A DNA stretch of 64,000 nucleotides from Acidobacteriota bacterium (GTDB lineage Bacteria > Acidobacteriota > UBA6911). Location: the NCBI GenBank assembly GCA_963664705.1, contig OY761556.1, forward strand, positions 2,016,001 to 2,080,000, given 5' to 3'. The position numbers and the translations under genes are program-made. The notes beneath the pieces were generated by a model. That model did not search any database, was not told where the DNA came from, and worked only from the letters and a program-made list of their open reading frames with translations. Shown piece by piece: positions 41,945 through 52,084 of the stretch; position 1 is the stretch's first letter, and the number at the start of each line of letters is the position of its first letter.

Positions 41945-43654
41945 ATGCCGGTTGCGAACATGGTCAACAGCGGTCTGAAAATTAACGCCACCCTCCTTCA
42001 CACGATCATCCTCGCGCTGATCTGCCTCCCCTATTGCATAAATCTGGGGAAATCATCCATTTGGGATGCAAACGAGGCTTTTTATGCAGAAACGCCGCGG
42101 GAAATGATGGTTCGAGGTGACTACCTGGCGCCTCATTTCAACTTTCAGCCCCGCACGCAAAAGCCTCCCCTGACCTACTGGATTGTCCTTGCTTCTTATA
42201 AGCTATTTGGCGTCGACGAATTTGCGGTTCGCTTCCCCAGCGCCCTGGCAGCAATCGGCACGATATTGTTTTCCTACGGAATGGCAGCCATTCTGTTCGG
42301 ACGACGTGCTGCCCTGTTTGCGGCAGTCATTACCGGGATAACGGCGCGCATCTTTATACTGGCGCGCCGCCTTCCCATCGATATTCTGCTCGTCTTCTTT
42401 CTGACGGGAGCGCTCTTTTTTCTCATTCGCGCCATTCAAAGATCCGACAGGCGCAGCTGGATTTTCTTTTACATATTTGTCAGCCTGGGCTTTCTTACAA
42501 AAGGTCCCATCGCTATCTTCCTTCCTGTCGGCACCTATATTCTCTGGAGTCTGTGGGCAGGCAAGGAAAAGCATCCCATCCGGTCATTCTGGCAAGCGCT
42601 CTTGGATACGCGTCCTGTGCTGGGAGCACTTCTCTTCGCCGGTATTGTTCTGCCCTGGTACGTGCTTATCTACAGAGCTCACGGCTGGCTGTATATTTCA
42701 CCGTTTTTTCTTCGCGACAATTTCGGCCGTTTCGCGGCTGAATCTTTGGGCCCCTCCCGGAGCGTGCTTTATTATTTTTCCATTTTCGCAACGGACTTCT
42801 TCCCGTGGTCTCTTCTGGGATTGCCCGCTGTTTACTACCTGTGGATTCATCGCAAAGAGCGCCTTTTAAAAAACACGGCCTTCGGCCTGCCCGCTCTGTG
42901 GTGCCTTCTGATATTTGCGTTCTTCTCGCTCTCCAGAAATAAGCAGGAATATTACATCGCGCCAATGTATCCGGGCGCAGCCCTGCTTCTTTCAGGCATC
43001 CTTGACAGAATAGCCGGCAAATCGGCCTTCCGCGAAGAGCTTAAGGGCTGCGCATTTTGGAACTGGATTTATGGAACGCTGGCGATTCTTCTCCTGTTGC
43101 TTGCCTCCTTCATGCCGTATATTCTCAGCTTCTTTATGCCCGGCATCACACCCGTGCTAGACTATGGCCCGTCGATTGTTTTACTGGCAGGGGCCTTATC
43201 GTGCCTGTGGAGCGTGCTGCGCGGCAAACAAATGGGTTCTTTTTTTGCGGTGGCGTCGTCGCTGTGGGCTATTTACCTGACTTGCGCGCTTGTGTATTTA
43301 CCCGCTTTGGAAACGTCGCGTCCGGTAAAGGATTTTTGCAGAACGATTGAATCCAGATTTCAATCGAACGACGAGGCCGGATATTTCGGTACAGCGCTTC
43401 CCAGCATGGCGTATTATCTTCGCCGGCCTATTTTCGAGGAAAGCAGTTCGGAGCAGATGATGCAGAAATTTCAATCAGGAAAGCGGATTTTCTGCGTATT
43501 GAGTCAAAAGGACTTTGCCTCTTTCTCCGACAATAAGGACCTTCATTTACATATACTCGACCGACATGCCAGGTTCTCAGTACATCTTAATACTGTTTTA
43601 AACGCCGGACATCACACGGGGAATGAGCTGCTGCTCGTTTCGAATCGGCCTTAG
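41945..43654 (+). CDS. ArnT/PMT-like membrane glycosyltransferase
   Basis: NEAFYAETPREM, KPPLTYW, AVRFPSA, LTKGP; many TM helices. Confidence 0.88.
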   Translation: MPVANMVNSGLKINATLLHTIILALICLPYCINLGKSSIWDANEAFYAETPREMMVRGDYLAPHFNFQPRTQKPPLTYWIVLASYKLFGVDEFAVRFPSALAAIGTILFSYGMAAILFGRRAALFAAVITGITARIFILARRLPIDILLVFFLTGALFFLIRAIQRSDRRSWIFFYIFVSLGFLTKGPIAIFLPVGTYILWSLWAGKEKHPIRSFWQALLDTRPVLGALLFAGIVLPWYVLIYRAHGWLYISPFFLRDNFGRFAAESLGPSRSVLYYFSIFATDFFPWSLLGLPAVYYLWIHRKERLLKNTAFGLPALWCLLIFAFFSLSRNKQEYYIAPMYPGAALLLSGILDRIAGKSAFREELKGCAFWNWIYGTLAILLLLLASFMPYILSFFMPGITPVLDYGPSIVLLAGALSCLWSVLRGKQMGSFFAVASSLWAIYLTCALVYLPALETSRPVKDFCRTIESRFQSNDEAGYFGTALPSMAYYLRRPIFEESSSEQMMQKFQSGKRIFCVLSQKDFASFSDNKDLHLHILDRHARFSVHLNTVLNAGHHTGNELLLVSNRP

Positions 43655-43688
43655 CTGGCACTGGGCTTGGCAGGAGCAGCCCGAAGAT

Positions 43689-44669
43689 ATGAAAACTAAA
43701 CTTTTCGCAATTTTAAAGATCGCCGTAACAGCATTGCTGTTTGTTTTTATTTTTCGCAAAATCGATTTTCACCAGTTCGGGGAAACCCTTCGTAATGCGC
43801 GGCTGGACATCCTTGCCCTTGCATTTATTGTCCTCTGGGCCGGCCACTATATCTGCATTTATCGCTGGCGCATGCTCATGCGTCCTCTGATGCCGGTTCT
43901 TTCTCTTGCCCAGTTATTTGGGATTTACTGTATCGGATTGTTCTTCAATCTGACGTTTCCCACCGTCGTAGGCGGAGATGTAGTCAAGATGTATTATGCC
44001 GGCAAGCCTTCGAAGTCTTATGCGGAGAGTTTTGCGTCCACGTTTCTCGACCGTGATGCCGGCATGCTGGCTATGATGATTATTGCCTGCTACGCCATCC
44101 TCGTGCACCCTGTCCATGTGCCCAAGGTTCCGGTTCCTTTCATTGTATGGAGCGGATTCGTGGCCTTTGTTGCGGTCAATGTGGGTATATTTTCTCCCTA
44201 TTTTCATCAGATACTTACAGGCTTGCTGAACCGTCTGCACCTGGGCAAAATCGCCGCAAAAGTGGACACCATTTCAAACGCATTCCGCATCATGGGCAAG
44301 CACAAATCGGTTCTCGTTCTGTCGCTTGTTATCTCATTCATCAATCAACTGCTGGTCATCGCGGTGACCTGGATTCTGGCGCTCGGGCTGCGCATTCAAA
44401 TCTCGTGGGTGCATTGTCTGATCTTTATTCCGGTAGTTACACTCATATCGATGATTCCGATCAGCCTCAACGGCATGGGCCTCCGCGAATATGCATTTAT
44501 GAGCCTCTTCGGCGCGGTTGGAATTCCTGCCTCATCCTGTATCGCGCTGGGACTACTGACATCTCTCTTCATCATCCTGTCTTCTATTCCGGGCGGCATC
44601 GTGTATATCTTTTTCCGGAACCGGTCAGACATGCAGCAGTTGGCTGAAATGGAAACCGAATTCTCATGA
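43689..44669 (+). CDS. lysylphosphatidylglycerol synthase TM-like / flippase-like membrane protein
   Basis: RW, FFNLTFPTVVGGDVVK, PISLNGMGLRE. Confidence 0.85.
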   Translation: MKTKLFAILKIAVTALLFVFIFRKIDFHQFGETLRNARLDILALAFIVLWAGHYICIYRWRMLMRPLMPVLSLAQLFGIYCIGLFFNLTFPTVVGGDVVKMYYAGKPSKSYAESFASTFLDRDAGMLAMMIIACYAILVHPVHVPKVPVPFIVWSGFVAFVAVNVGIFSPYFHQILTGLLNRLHLGKIAAKVDTISNAFRIMGKHKSVLVLSLVISFINQLLVIAVTWILALGLRIQISWVHCLIFIPVVTLISMIPISLNGMGLREYAFMSLFGAVGIPASSCIALGLLTSLFIILSSIPGGIVYIFFRNRSDMQQLAEMETEFS

Positions 44670-45643
44670 GCGAACTTGTTTCCATCATTGTCCCTGTCTA
44701 TAACGAACGCGAGAACCTTGAACCGCTGGTCCGCTCGCTCACCCGTGTTCTGGACCAGACCGGCGAGGACTATGAAATTCTTTTTGTCGACGATGGGAGT
44801 AGCGACGGCAGCGCGGACTACCTGGACACTTTGCCCACGGTGAACCCTCGGATCAAAATAATCCACTTTCGCAGGAATTTCGGGCAGACAGCCGCCATGT
44901 CCGCGGGATTCGATCATGCACGGGGATCCATCCTCATTCCAACCGATGCCGACCTGCAGAATGATCCAGAGGACATTCCAGCGATCCTGGCAAAATTGCG
45001 CGAGGGCTATGATGTTGTCAGTTGCTGGCGCCAAAAAAGACAAGATAAATGGCTTACCCGCCGTCTTCCATCCCAAATAGCCAATGCCCTGATATCCAGG
45101 ATCGGTGGCGTTCCTTTGCATGATTACGGCTGCACTCTGAAGGGTTATCGCCGTGAAGTGGTGGAGCATATCCGCCTATACGGCGAAATGCATCGGTTTA
45201 TCCCGATTTATGCCTCGTGGGCAGGAGCCCGGGTCACCGAAATCCCCGTGCGTCATCATCCACGCACGGCCGGCGCAAGCAAATACGGCCTCAGCCGTAC
45301 CTACAAGGTCGTCCTGGATCTTCTGACCGTGAGAATGCTTGGACGCTATTCGACAAAACCCATGTATTTTTTCGGGGGAGTCGGTCTCATCTCCTGCGCT
45401 GCGGGCTTTCTATGCGCCCTTTTGACCCTGGGTGATAAGTATCTCAACGGTGTGAAGGCACACAACAATCCGCTTCTGCTGCTGGCCGTGTTTCTCTTTC
45501 TACTGGGAGTCCAATTCATCCTGATGGGATTGGTGGCGGAGTTGGTCATCCGCACCTACTTTGAATCTCAGGGAAAGACTCCTTACATCGTGCGCCGCCT
45601 GAACGGCACTTTCGCACGCGAGGATATGTCCGCCAAGCAGTGA
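44666..45643 (+). CDS. GT2 polyprenol-phosphate glycosyltransferase (ArnC/GtrB-like)
   Basis: VPVYNE, DDGSSD, RNFGQTAA, DADLQNDP, two C-terminal TM helices. Confidence 0.92.
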   Translation: MSELVSIIVPVYNERENLEPLVRSLTRVLDQTGEDYEILFVDDGSSDGSADYLDTLPTVNPRIKIIHFRRNFGQTAAMSAGFDHARGSILIPTDADLQNDPEDIPAILAKLREGYDVVSCWRQKRQDKWLTRRLPSQIANALISRIGGVPLHDYGCTLKGYRREVVEHIRLYGEMHRFIPIYASWAGARVTEIPVRHHPRTAGASKYGLSRTYKVVLDLLTVRMLGRYSTKPMYFFGGVGLISCAAGFLCALLTLGDKYLNGVKAHNNPLLLLAVFLFLLGVQFILMGLVAELVIRTYFESQGKTPYIVRRLNGTFAREDMSAKQ

Positions 45644-45753
45644 ACATGGGAGTACAATAAATTTGTGGGTTTGAGAGTACGATCGTTGCAAAATACAAGC
45701 TATAAACTTGGGCAGGTCGACTAAAGCACCTGCAAGCAGATTGGGAGACTCCA

Positions 45754-46527
45754 TTGTTTTCAGAACAGTTTGGGTTTCGGCAGCATGCGCTCGTTAACTT
45801 CGTGGGGGGTGGAGGAAAAACCGCTTTAATTCATAAGCTGATGGAGGAGTATTGTTCCTGCGGGCCCGTGCTTTGCACGACCACTACCAGGATCCATCCG
45901 CCCGATCCCAGCGAAGGCCTGGTTGTGATCTCCAGCGATAATCTTCAGCTGCTCACCACAATGGTGGACAAGGTCAGCCGGAACTGCACGAGTCGTTCGT
46001 ACAAGCTCGTGGTTACCCGGCACTTTATGACTCCGAATTTATTGAGGGGTGTTCCGCCCGACTTCGACAACTCTCTTTCCCGAGATCTGTTTCCCATCCT
46101 TTTGAATGAGGCCGACGGAGCCGCAAGTTTTTCCATCAAGATTCCACGCGAAGGCGAGCCGGTTTTGATGGAGAATGCGCAGTACCTCGTGCCCGTAATC
46201 GGAATCGACTGCCTCTACCAGCCGCTCGGTCCGGAAGTCGTCTTCAGATTCCAGTCCCCCATGGCGGAACAACTCTCGCTGCAACCGGGCGAACGGATTA
46301 CTCCGGATGTTGCGGCGCGCATCCTTATGCACCCAGAGGGCGTCTGCAAATACTGGAAACCCGGAATGACCATCATTCCTTTCATTAACAAGGTGGATGG
46401 TCCAGCGCAGGATTCCTCCGCACATGATCTTGCCGCCTCCATACTTAAGAACGGAAATTTCCCCGTTCAGCGCGTTGTATACGGCAGCGTGCTCCAGGGA
46501 AGAGTCGATTCCTTTTCGCCCGCATAG
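45754..46527 (+). CDS. yqeC: selenium cofactor biosynthesis protein YqeC
   Basis: VGGGGKT, TTTTRI, EADGA...K.P...EPV, FINKVD. Confidence 0.8.
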   Translation: MFSEQFGFRQHALVNFVGGGGKTALIHKLMEEYCSCGPVLCTTTTRIHPPDPSEGLVVISSDNLQLLTTMVDKVSRNCTSRSYKLVVTRHFMTPNLLRGVPPDFDNSLSRDLFPILLNEADGAASFSIKIPREGEPVLMENAQYLVPVIGIDCLYQPLGPEVVFRFQSPMAEQLSLQPGERITPDVAARILMHPEGVCKYWKPGMTIIPFINKVDGPAQDSSAHDLAASILKNGNFPVQRVVYGSVLQGRVDSFSPA

Positions 46528-46532
46528 CGCTG

Positions 46533-47348
46533 ATGACCATTCAACAGCTGACCAGCAAGGACAACCCGCTTCTTAAAGACATCCGCCTGGTTTCGTCCGG
46601 AATGCGGCGGGCGCCCAAAGAACTGGTCATTGCGGAAGGATTGCGCGTTCTCGAAGAAGTTGAACAATCCCCTTTTACGATCGAGGCGGTGGTTTTTTCG
46701 GATGATTTCGGGTCAGCGCCGCGCGAAAAGAACTTGCTCGATCGATTTCAATCAAAGCTATCGCGACTCTATTGCGTCAGTAGTGTTCTCTTTCAAACCA
46801 TATCCACCGTGCAAACTCCGCAGGGGATCCTCGCGCTGGTGCGTGTCCCGGCTCTGTCTATATCGTCCGCCCCGAAATCAAGGAATCCGCTGCTCATCTG
46901 CGCCTGCGGTCTTCAGGACCCGGGAAACCTCGGGACACTCATCCGCACAGCCGCAGCCGCGGATGCCAATATGTTTTGTACCACCAAAGGCACCGTTTCC
47001 GCGCGCAACCCGAAAACCATTCGTTCCAGCGCCGGATCTTTTTTCCGAATTCCGATTCTCGAGCAGGTTGACATCCGCGAATTCCAGCAATACTGCATCG
47101 GTCACTCCATTCGCCTGTTTCGCACCGACGCACAGGAGGGCGTAATCTATACGGAGGCGGATTTGAAGTCTCCCTGTGCCGTTCTTTTGGGCAACGAGGG
47201 AAGCGGATTTGCGGAACAACCGATCTCCGAACTGCCGGCGATCCGAATTCCTATCGCAAAGGGTGCCGAATCCCTGAATGTAGCCACTGCTGGAGCTGTC
47301 ATTCTTTTCGAAGCCCGCAGGCAGCACGGGTGGACTGAAGACCTATGA
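46533..47348 (+). CDS. TrmH/SpoU RNA methyltransferase
   Basis: QDPGNLGTLIRTA, GNEGSG, ESLNVA. Confidence 0.92.
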   Translation: MTIQQLTSKDNPLLKDIRLVSSGMRRAPKELVIAEGLRVLEEVEQSPFTIEAVVFSDDFGSAPREKNLLDRFQSKLSRLYCVSSVLFQTISTVQTPQGILALVRVPALSISSAPKSRNPLLICACGLQDPGNLGTLIRTAAAADANMFCTTKGTVSARNPKTIRSSAGSFFRIPILEQVDIREFQQYCIGHSIRLFRTDAQEGVIYTEADLKSPCAVLLGNEGSGFAEQPISELPAIRIPIAKGAESLNVATAGAVILFEARRQHGWTEDL

Positions 47349-48682
47349 ACAAATCGCTTTTCCCTGAATCGGATGAGCCGTCCGTAACGCCCGATGCCCC
47401 GCTGGCAGAGCGTCTTCGCCCGAGAACACTCGATGAGATCGTTGGCCAGCAACATCTGATCGGAGAAGGAAAGGTTCTGCGTGCGATGGTGGAGCAGAAC
47501 CAGTTGACATCGATCATTCTTTGGGGACCTCCAGGCACCGGCAAAACCACGCTCGCCCGCATCATGGCAAAGCAGACACACTCTCCGTTTGTTTTCTACA
47601 GCGCAGTGCTTTCGGGCATTAAAGAGATCAAGACCGTTATGGCGGAGGCGGAATCCCACTCACGCAGAAATCTGGGAAGAACCGTTGTGTTTGTCGATGA
47701 AATTCATCGCTTCAACAAAGCTCAGCAGGATGCATTTTTGCCTTATGTGGAATCAGGCGTCATCCTATTGATCGGTGCCACGACCGAAAACCCATCCTTC
47801 GAAGTAATCAGCCCGCTGCTCTCCCGGTGCAAGGTTTACGTGCTCAACCCGCTTCAGCCCTCGGAAATTGTTGAAATATTGAAGCGTGCCCTTACCGACG
47901 AAGCGCGCGGCCTTGGCAGTGTTTCGATCTCCGTATCCGACGAAGTGCTGCAACAGCTCGCCATCTTTGCCAATGGAGACGCTCGCATTGCCCTGAACAT
48001 ATTTGAGCTGGCCATTTCACTGAAGAGCGGGAAAAAGTCGGGAGAAGCGCTGGTATTGAATACGGCCGATCTGGAATCCGCACTCCAGCGGAAGATCCTG
48101 CAATACGATAAATCCGGCGAGGAGCATTACAACCTTATCTCCGCCCTTCACAAATCCATGCGCAACAGTGATGCCAATGCCGCCCTATATTGGCTCGGAC
48201 GAATGCTGGAGGCCGGCGAGGATCCGGTGTATATCGCCCGCCGCATGGTTCGCTTTGCCTCTGAAGATGTCGGATTGGCCGATGTCCGTGCTCTGAGCGT
48301 TGCCTTGGACGCCACGGAAGCGGTACGGCTGATAGGCCTTCCGGAATGCAAACTGGCGCTGGCGCAGGCTGCTGTTTATCTATCGGTGGCACCCAAGTCG
48401 AATGCTCTGTATACCGCCTATTCGAGCGTGGCTTCTGACGTACAAAGGACTTTTAATGAACCTCCGCCTTTACAAATCCGCAATGCGCCCACTAAGCTCA
48501 TGGAAGAATTGGGCTATGGCAAGGGCTATCAGTATGCCCATGACCTAAAAGAAAAAGTGGCGGACATGGAGTGTCTGCCCGATTCTCTTCGCGGCCGGCA
48601 GTACTACCATCCCTCAGACCAAGGAATGGAACGGCGCATCCGGGAAATCCTCGCCGAAATCAAGCAGCGCAAAAGCCATTAA
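47345..48682 (+). CDS. rarA: replication-associated recombination protein A
   Basis: PLAERLRP, GPPGTGKTT, DEIHRFNKAQQD, GATTENP, SALHKSMR. Confidence 0.96.
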   Translation: MNKSLFPESDEPSVTPDAPLAERLRPRTLDEIVGQQHLIGEGKVLRAMVEQNQLTSIILWGPPGTGKTTLARIMAKQTHSPFVFYSAVLSGIKEIKTVMAEAESHSRRNLGRTVVFVDEIHRFNKAQQDAFLPYVESGVILLIGATTENPSFEVISPLLSRCKVYVLNPLQPSEIVEILKRALTDEARGLGSVSISVSDEVLQQLAIFANGDARIALNIFELAISLKSGKKSGEALVLNTADLESALQRKILQYDKSGEEHYNLISALHKSMRNSDANAALYWLGRMLEAGEDPVYIARRMVRFASEDVGLADVRALSVALDATEAVRLIGLPECKLALAQAAVYLSVAPKSNALYTAYSSVASDVQRTFNEPPPLQIRNAPTKLMEELGYGKGYQYAHDLKEKVADMECLPDSLRGRQYYHPSDQGMERRIREILAEIKQRKSH

Positions 48683-48709
48683 CGCCAAGGGGAATCCCGC
48701 CGTGACACC

Positions 48710-48851
48710 TAATGCCTCATACTATTTGTCGAGGGCGAGGCCCTTCGGATTGCGGTGGCTTGCCCCCGCCTTCGGCTACTGTAATTATCAAAGGCGTCAG
48801 TAAGCTGCCGGACTCCATGGCGAGCCTCTTCGCAAATGATATACGGCATTG
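48710..48851. mobile_element. MITE/REP-like palindromic element, full copy
   Basis: Imperfect terminal inverted repeats TAATGCCTCATACTATTTG...CAAATGATATACGGCATTG, internal palindrome, and related copies at 50836 and 62030. Confidence 0.7.
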
Positions 48852-48961
48852 GGCGGGACGCGTCCTCATTGTCGGTACACGGTTTTTTGACATTTGCTTG
48901 TTGTAAATGCGACTGGAAGGTGGTTGATATAAATCAAACCATTTGCCCAAGAGAGGAACCA

Positions 48962-50737
48962 ATGAACTGCAAAGCGTTCTTTTTCGCGCCTTTTCTCCTC
49001 CCGTTCCTGTTTGCCGCATCTGCGGCGGCGCAAGATGCAAAAATCACCGCAATGAATCCGAGAGGCATTCTTCCTCTCATACGCAGGATACCGATGGCCC
49101 CGCGGCCAGCAACGCTGGATGGCAAGGTTATTTATCTGGTCGATTCAAGGTATCCGCGCACCCGGGAATTTGTTGAAGAACTGCATAAGGTGCTCCAGGA
49201 ACAATATCCGAAAACCACCTGGGTCCTTAGGGACAAGTTCGGAGGCTATGTCGATGATGATCCAAAGCTGTGGGCCGAAATCAAGGAGAAGGGGCATGGA
49301 ATGATTATGGCCCTTGGCCATTGAAGCACCTGCTCGCCGTCGGTCGTCGGCCATTGTGTGACAGCAGAGAGCTTGGGAATTCCAACAGTGCCAATCATTA
49401 CTCAAAGGTTTCGCGAACTTGTGACCGCCATCGCCTTCAAAAAGGGAATTCCGAGCATGCGGATGGTCTACACACCGCATCCGGTCACAGACCGGCCGGC
49501 GGCGATGTGCCGGAAATACCTGCAGGGCAATGACCCGGTTACAGGCAAGCCGATCCTGCAGGAGATCGTGGAAGGGTTGATGAAACCTGTCTCGAACGAA
49601 GATAAATCGACCGGCTTTCTCCCTCGACCGCCCCGTGTCCGGTTGCTGCCTCCGGACACCGCCGAAAACCTGGACAATTACTTCTATGATAATAACCTGA
49701 CGGACGGGCTTCCGATCGTACTTCCTACGGAAAAGAAGGTAGCTGAGATGCTGAAAGCGACCAGCCGCAAGCCTGACGAGATTGTCGGCAAAATGGCCGC
49801 TTCCACTCCACACGAAGCGTGGGAGTATACCGTTGAAATGGTTGCCGTCAATGCCGTGATGTCGGGAGCAAAGCCGGAATACTTCCCTGCAATTCTCGCC
49901 CTGGCCTCAACCGGTCAGACTGCCTTGGTCAGTTCCACATCCTCCTATGCAAGAATGGCATTGTTCAATGGGCCCATCGTGCAGGAAATGGGCATGAATT
50001 CAGGTGTCGGCGCCATGGGACCTTTTAGCCGAGCCAACGCCACCATCGGCAGGTGCTGGACATTGATGTCCAAGAATATTGGAGGGTCGGGCAAAATCGG
50101 TGAAACCTACATGGGGACTCAAGGGAGCAACCTCAATTATAACAACCTCTGCTTTCCGGAAACCGAAGACGCTTTGCCTCCCGGGTGGAATCCATTTCAC
50201 GTGCAGAAAGGACACAAGCGGTCCGAAAGCGTGGTGAGTGTTTTTGGCGGTTGGAGCCTCAGCGATATCTGCTGGTATACGCCCACGCCCATCTATCAGG
50301 TCATCCGTGGATGGCTGGAGCATTTCTTCTCCACCAGCGTAACCGGAGCCACACTTATCCTGGATCCGATGGTCGCCGCCGATGTAGCCTCCGCCGGGTT
50401 CAAATCCAAGGAGGACTATGCCGATTACCTGATAAGGAATACCGGAACGCCAGCCTGGCTTTATTGGCAAACCCGGCAGGCAGAGCTGGAACAAGCTCGG
50501 AAAGGCGTAGAGCCTTTTGCTACCTATTTGAAGGCTGGCGAAAACGGGGTAATCCCCCTATCGCGTTTTACGGGAAAGCTGGTCTTGGGTGTGCCGGTGA
50601 ATGCATTCGCGTTCGGTACTCTGGCCTCAGACCGCACGCCGATCGAGATCATCGTAACTGGAGGAGGAACCAACACCTATTGGGCTGGCGGCGATTTTAT
50701 GTATTCGGGCAGCGCTTCGATCGACCATTGGAGATAG
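48962..50737 (+). CDS. exported UGSC-family-like selenoprotein (UxxC; UGA at 49322-49324), 591 aa
   Basis: ORFs ending 49324 and starting 49358 are in the same frame, separated only by TGA: MALGH-U-STCSPSVV...GIPTV. GAGAGGA SD and signal peptide at 48962. Confidence 0.85.
49336..49351 (+). promoter_or_regulatory. SECIS-like hairpin
   Basis: GCCGUC-GGUC-GUCGGC (one U-U mismatch), 11 nt after the UGA; GGU apical loop as in selD. Confidence 0.55.
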
Positions 50738-50835
50738 GTGAAGCAACGAGAATGAAACTGTAGCCCGCTTGACCGCCAGCATCTTACGGGCAAGAGCACA
50801 GCTGGCTCTATCGCAGCCGTTGCCGCCGGGACGGC

Positions 50836-50882
50836 TAATGCCGCATACCATTTGTCGAGTACGATGCACTTCGGACGGCGGC
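50836..50882. repeat. truncated copy of the MITE-like element
   Basis: TAATGCCGCATACCATTTGTCGAG...CTTCGGA matches 48710 onward. Confidence 0.65.
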
Positions 50883-50884
50883 GC

Positions 50885-52084
50885 CTAGCTCATCAGAACC
50901 GGTTCAATGCGCTCGAGGGCCCAATTGATTTCATCTTTCGTGATGACCAGCGGCGGCGCAAACCGAACGGTGTTTTCATGCGTTTCCTTGCAGAGCAGTC
51001 CCTTCGACATCAGCATTTCACAGAACCGTCTGGCCCCGCCGGACTCGGGATGCAATTCAACGCCGATCAATAATCCTTTCCCGCGCACATCCTTAATATG
51101 CGGACTCCTGATGCGCCTTAACTCATTCTGGAAATAATCTCCCATGGCAGCGGCGTTTTCGATCATCCCCTCTTCCACTAGAACCTTCAGCGCCGTTCGC
51201 GCGATGGCACAGGCAAGCGGATTTCCTCCGAATGTGCTGCCATGCTCTCCTGGCCGCAGCACTCCCAGGACTTCCACATTCGATAATACCGCCGAGATAG
51301 GATAAAAGCCTCCAGACAAGGCTTTGCCGATAATGGTCAGATCGGCCTCAATTCCATCGTATTCTTCAGCCAGCAGACGCCCCGTTCTCCCCAGCCCGGT
51401 CTGGATTTCATCCAGAATAAAAACCACATGGTTCTTCTCACAAATCGCCTTGGCTCGAGACAGGAATCCCGCCGGGGGCACGATGACGCCGGCCTCCCCC
51501 TGTATAGGTTCGACCAGGAAGCCAACTGTGTTTGGCGTGATCGCCTTCTCAAGAGCCTCCGCATCGCCAAAAGGAATTACGGTGAATCCGGGTGTAAACG
51601 GACCGAAGTTTTCCCGATAGTATTCATCCGTACTGAAACTCACGATGGTAATTGTGCGGCCATGAAAATTATTGGCACAGACAATGATCTCCGCCTTGTG
51701 GCGGGGGACCCCCTTTACCTGATATCCCCATTTCCGAACGGCTTTGATAACCGTTTCGACAGCCTCCGCGCCGCTATTCATCGGCAACACCTTGTGGGAA
51801 TGGGTCAGATCGCATATTTCCCTGTAAAACAAACCCAACTGATCATTTCGAAACGCGCGTGAAGTCAACGTCAGCTTCCGCGCCTGCTCCTCCATGGTTT
51901 TCAGTATTCTGGGATGACAGTGTCCCTGGTTGACCGCCGAATAGGAGGACAGGCAATCGAGGTATCGATTCCCATCCACATCCCATACCCAGACGCCTTG
52001 CCCCCTGGCAAGAACAACATCCAAAGGCTTGTAATTGTGCGCGCCGTATTCTTCCTCGAGGCGGATAAACTCCGTGCTGTCCAT
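50885..52084 (-). CDS. rocD: ornithine--oxo-acid transaminase
   Basis: [45 protein letters not shown]. Confidence 0.95.
   Translation of the reverse strand: MDSTEFIRLEEEYGAHNYKPLDVVLARGQGVWVWDVDGNRYLDCLSSYSAVNQGHCHPRILKTMEEQARKLTLTSRAFRNDQLGLFYREICDLTHSHKVLPMNSGAEAVETVIKAVRKWGYQVKGVPRHKAEIIVCANNFHGRTITIVSFSTDEYYRENFGPFTPGFTVIPFGDAEALEKAITPNTVGFLVEPIQGEAGVIVPPAGFLSRAKAICEKNHVVFILDEIQTGLGRTGRLLAEEYDGIEADLTIIGKALSGGFYPISAVLSNVEVLGVLRPGEHGSTFGGNPLACAIARTALKVLVEEGMIENAAAMGDYFQNELRRIRSPHIKDVRGKGLLIGVELHPESGGARRFCEMLMSKGLLCKETHENTVRFAPPLVITKDEINWALERIEPVLMS

Noticed and set aside
48836-48961. N-terminal extension (CCKC) of the selenoprotein ORF
   Set aside because: It starts inside the MITE-like repeat; the SD and signal peptide point to ATG 48962.
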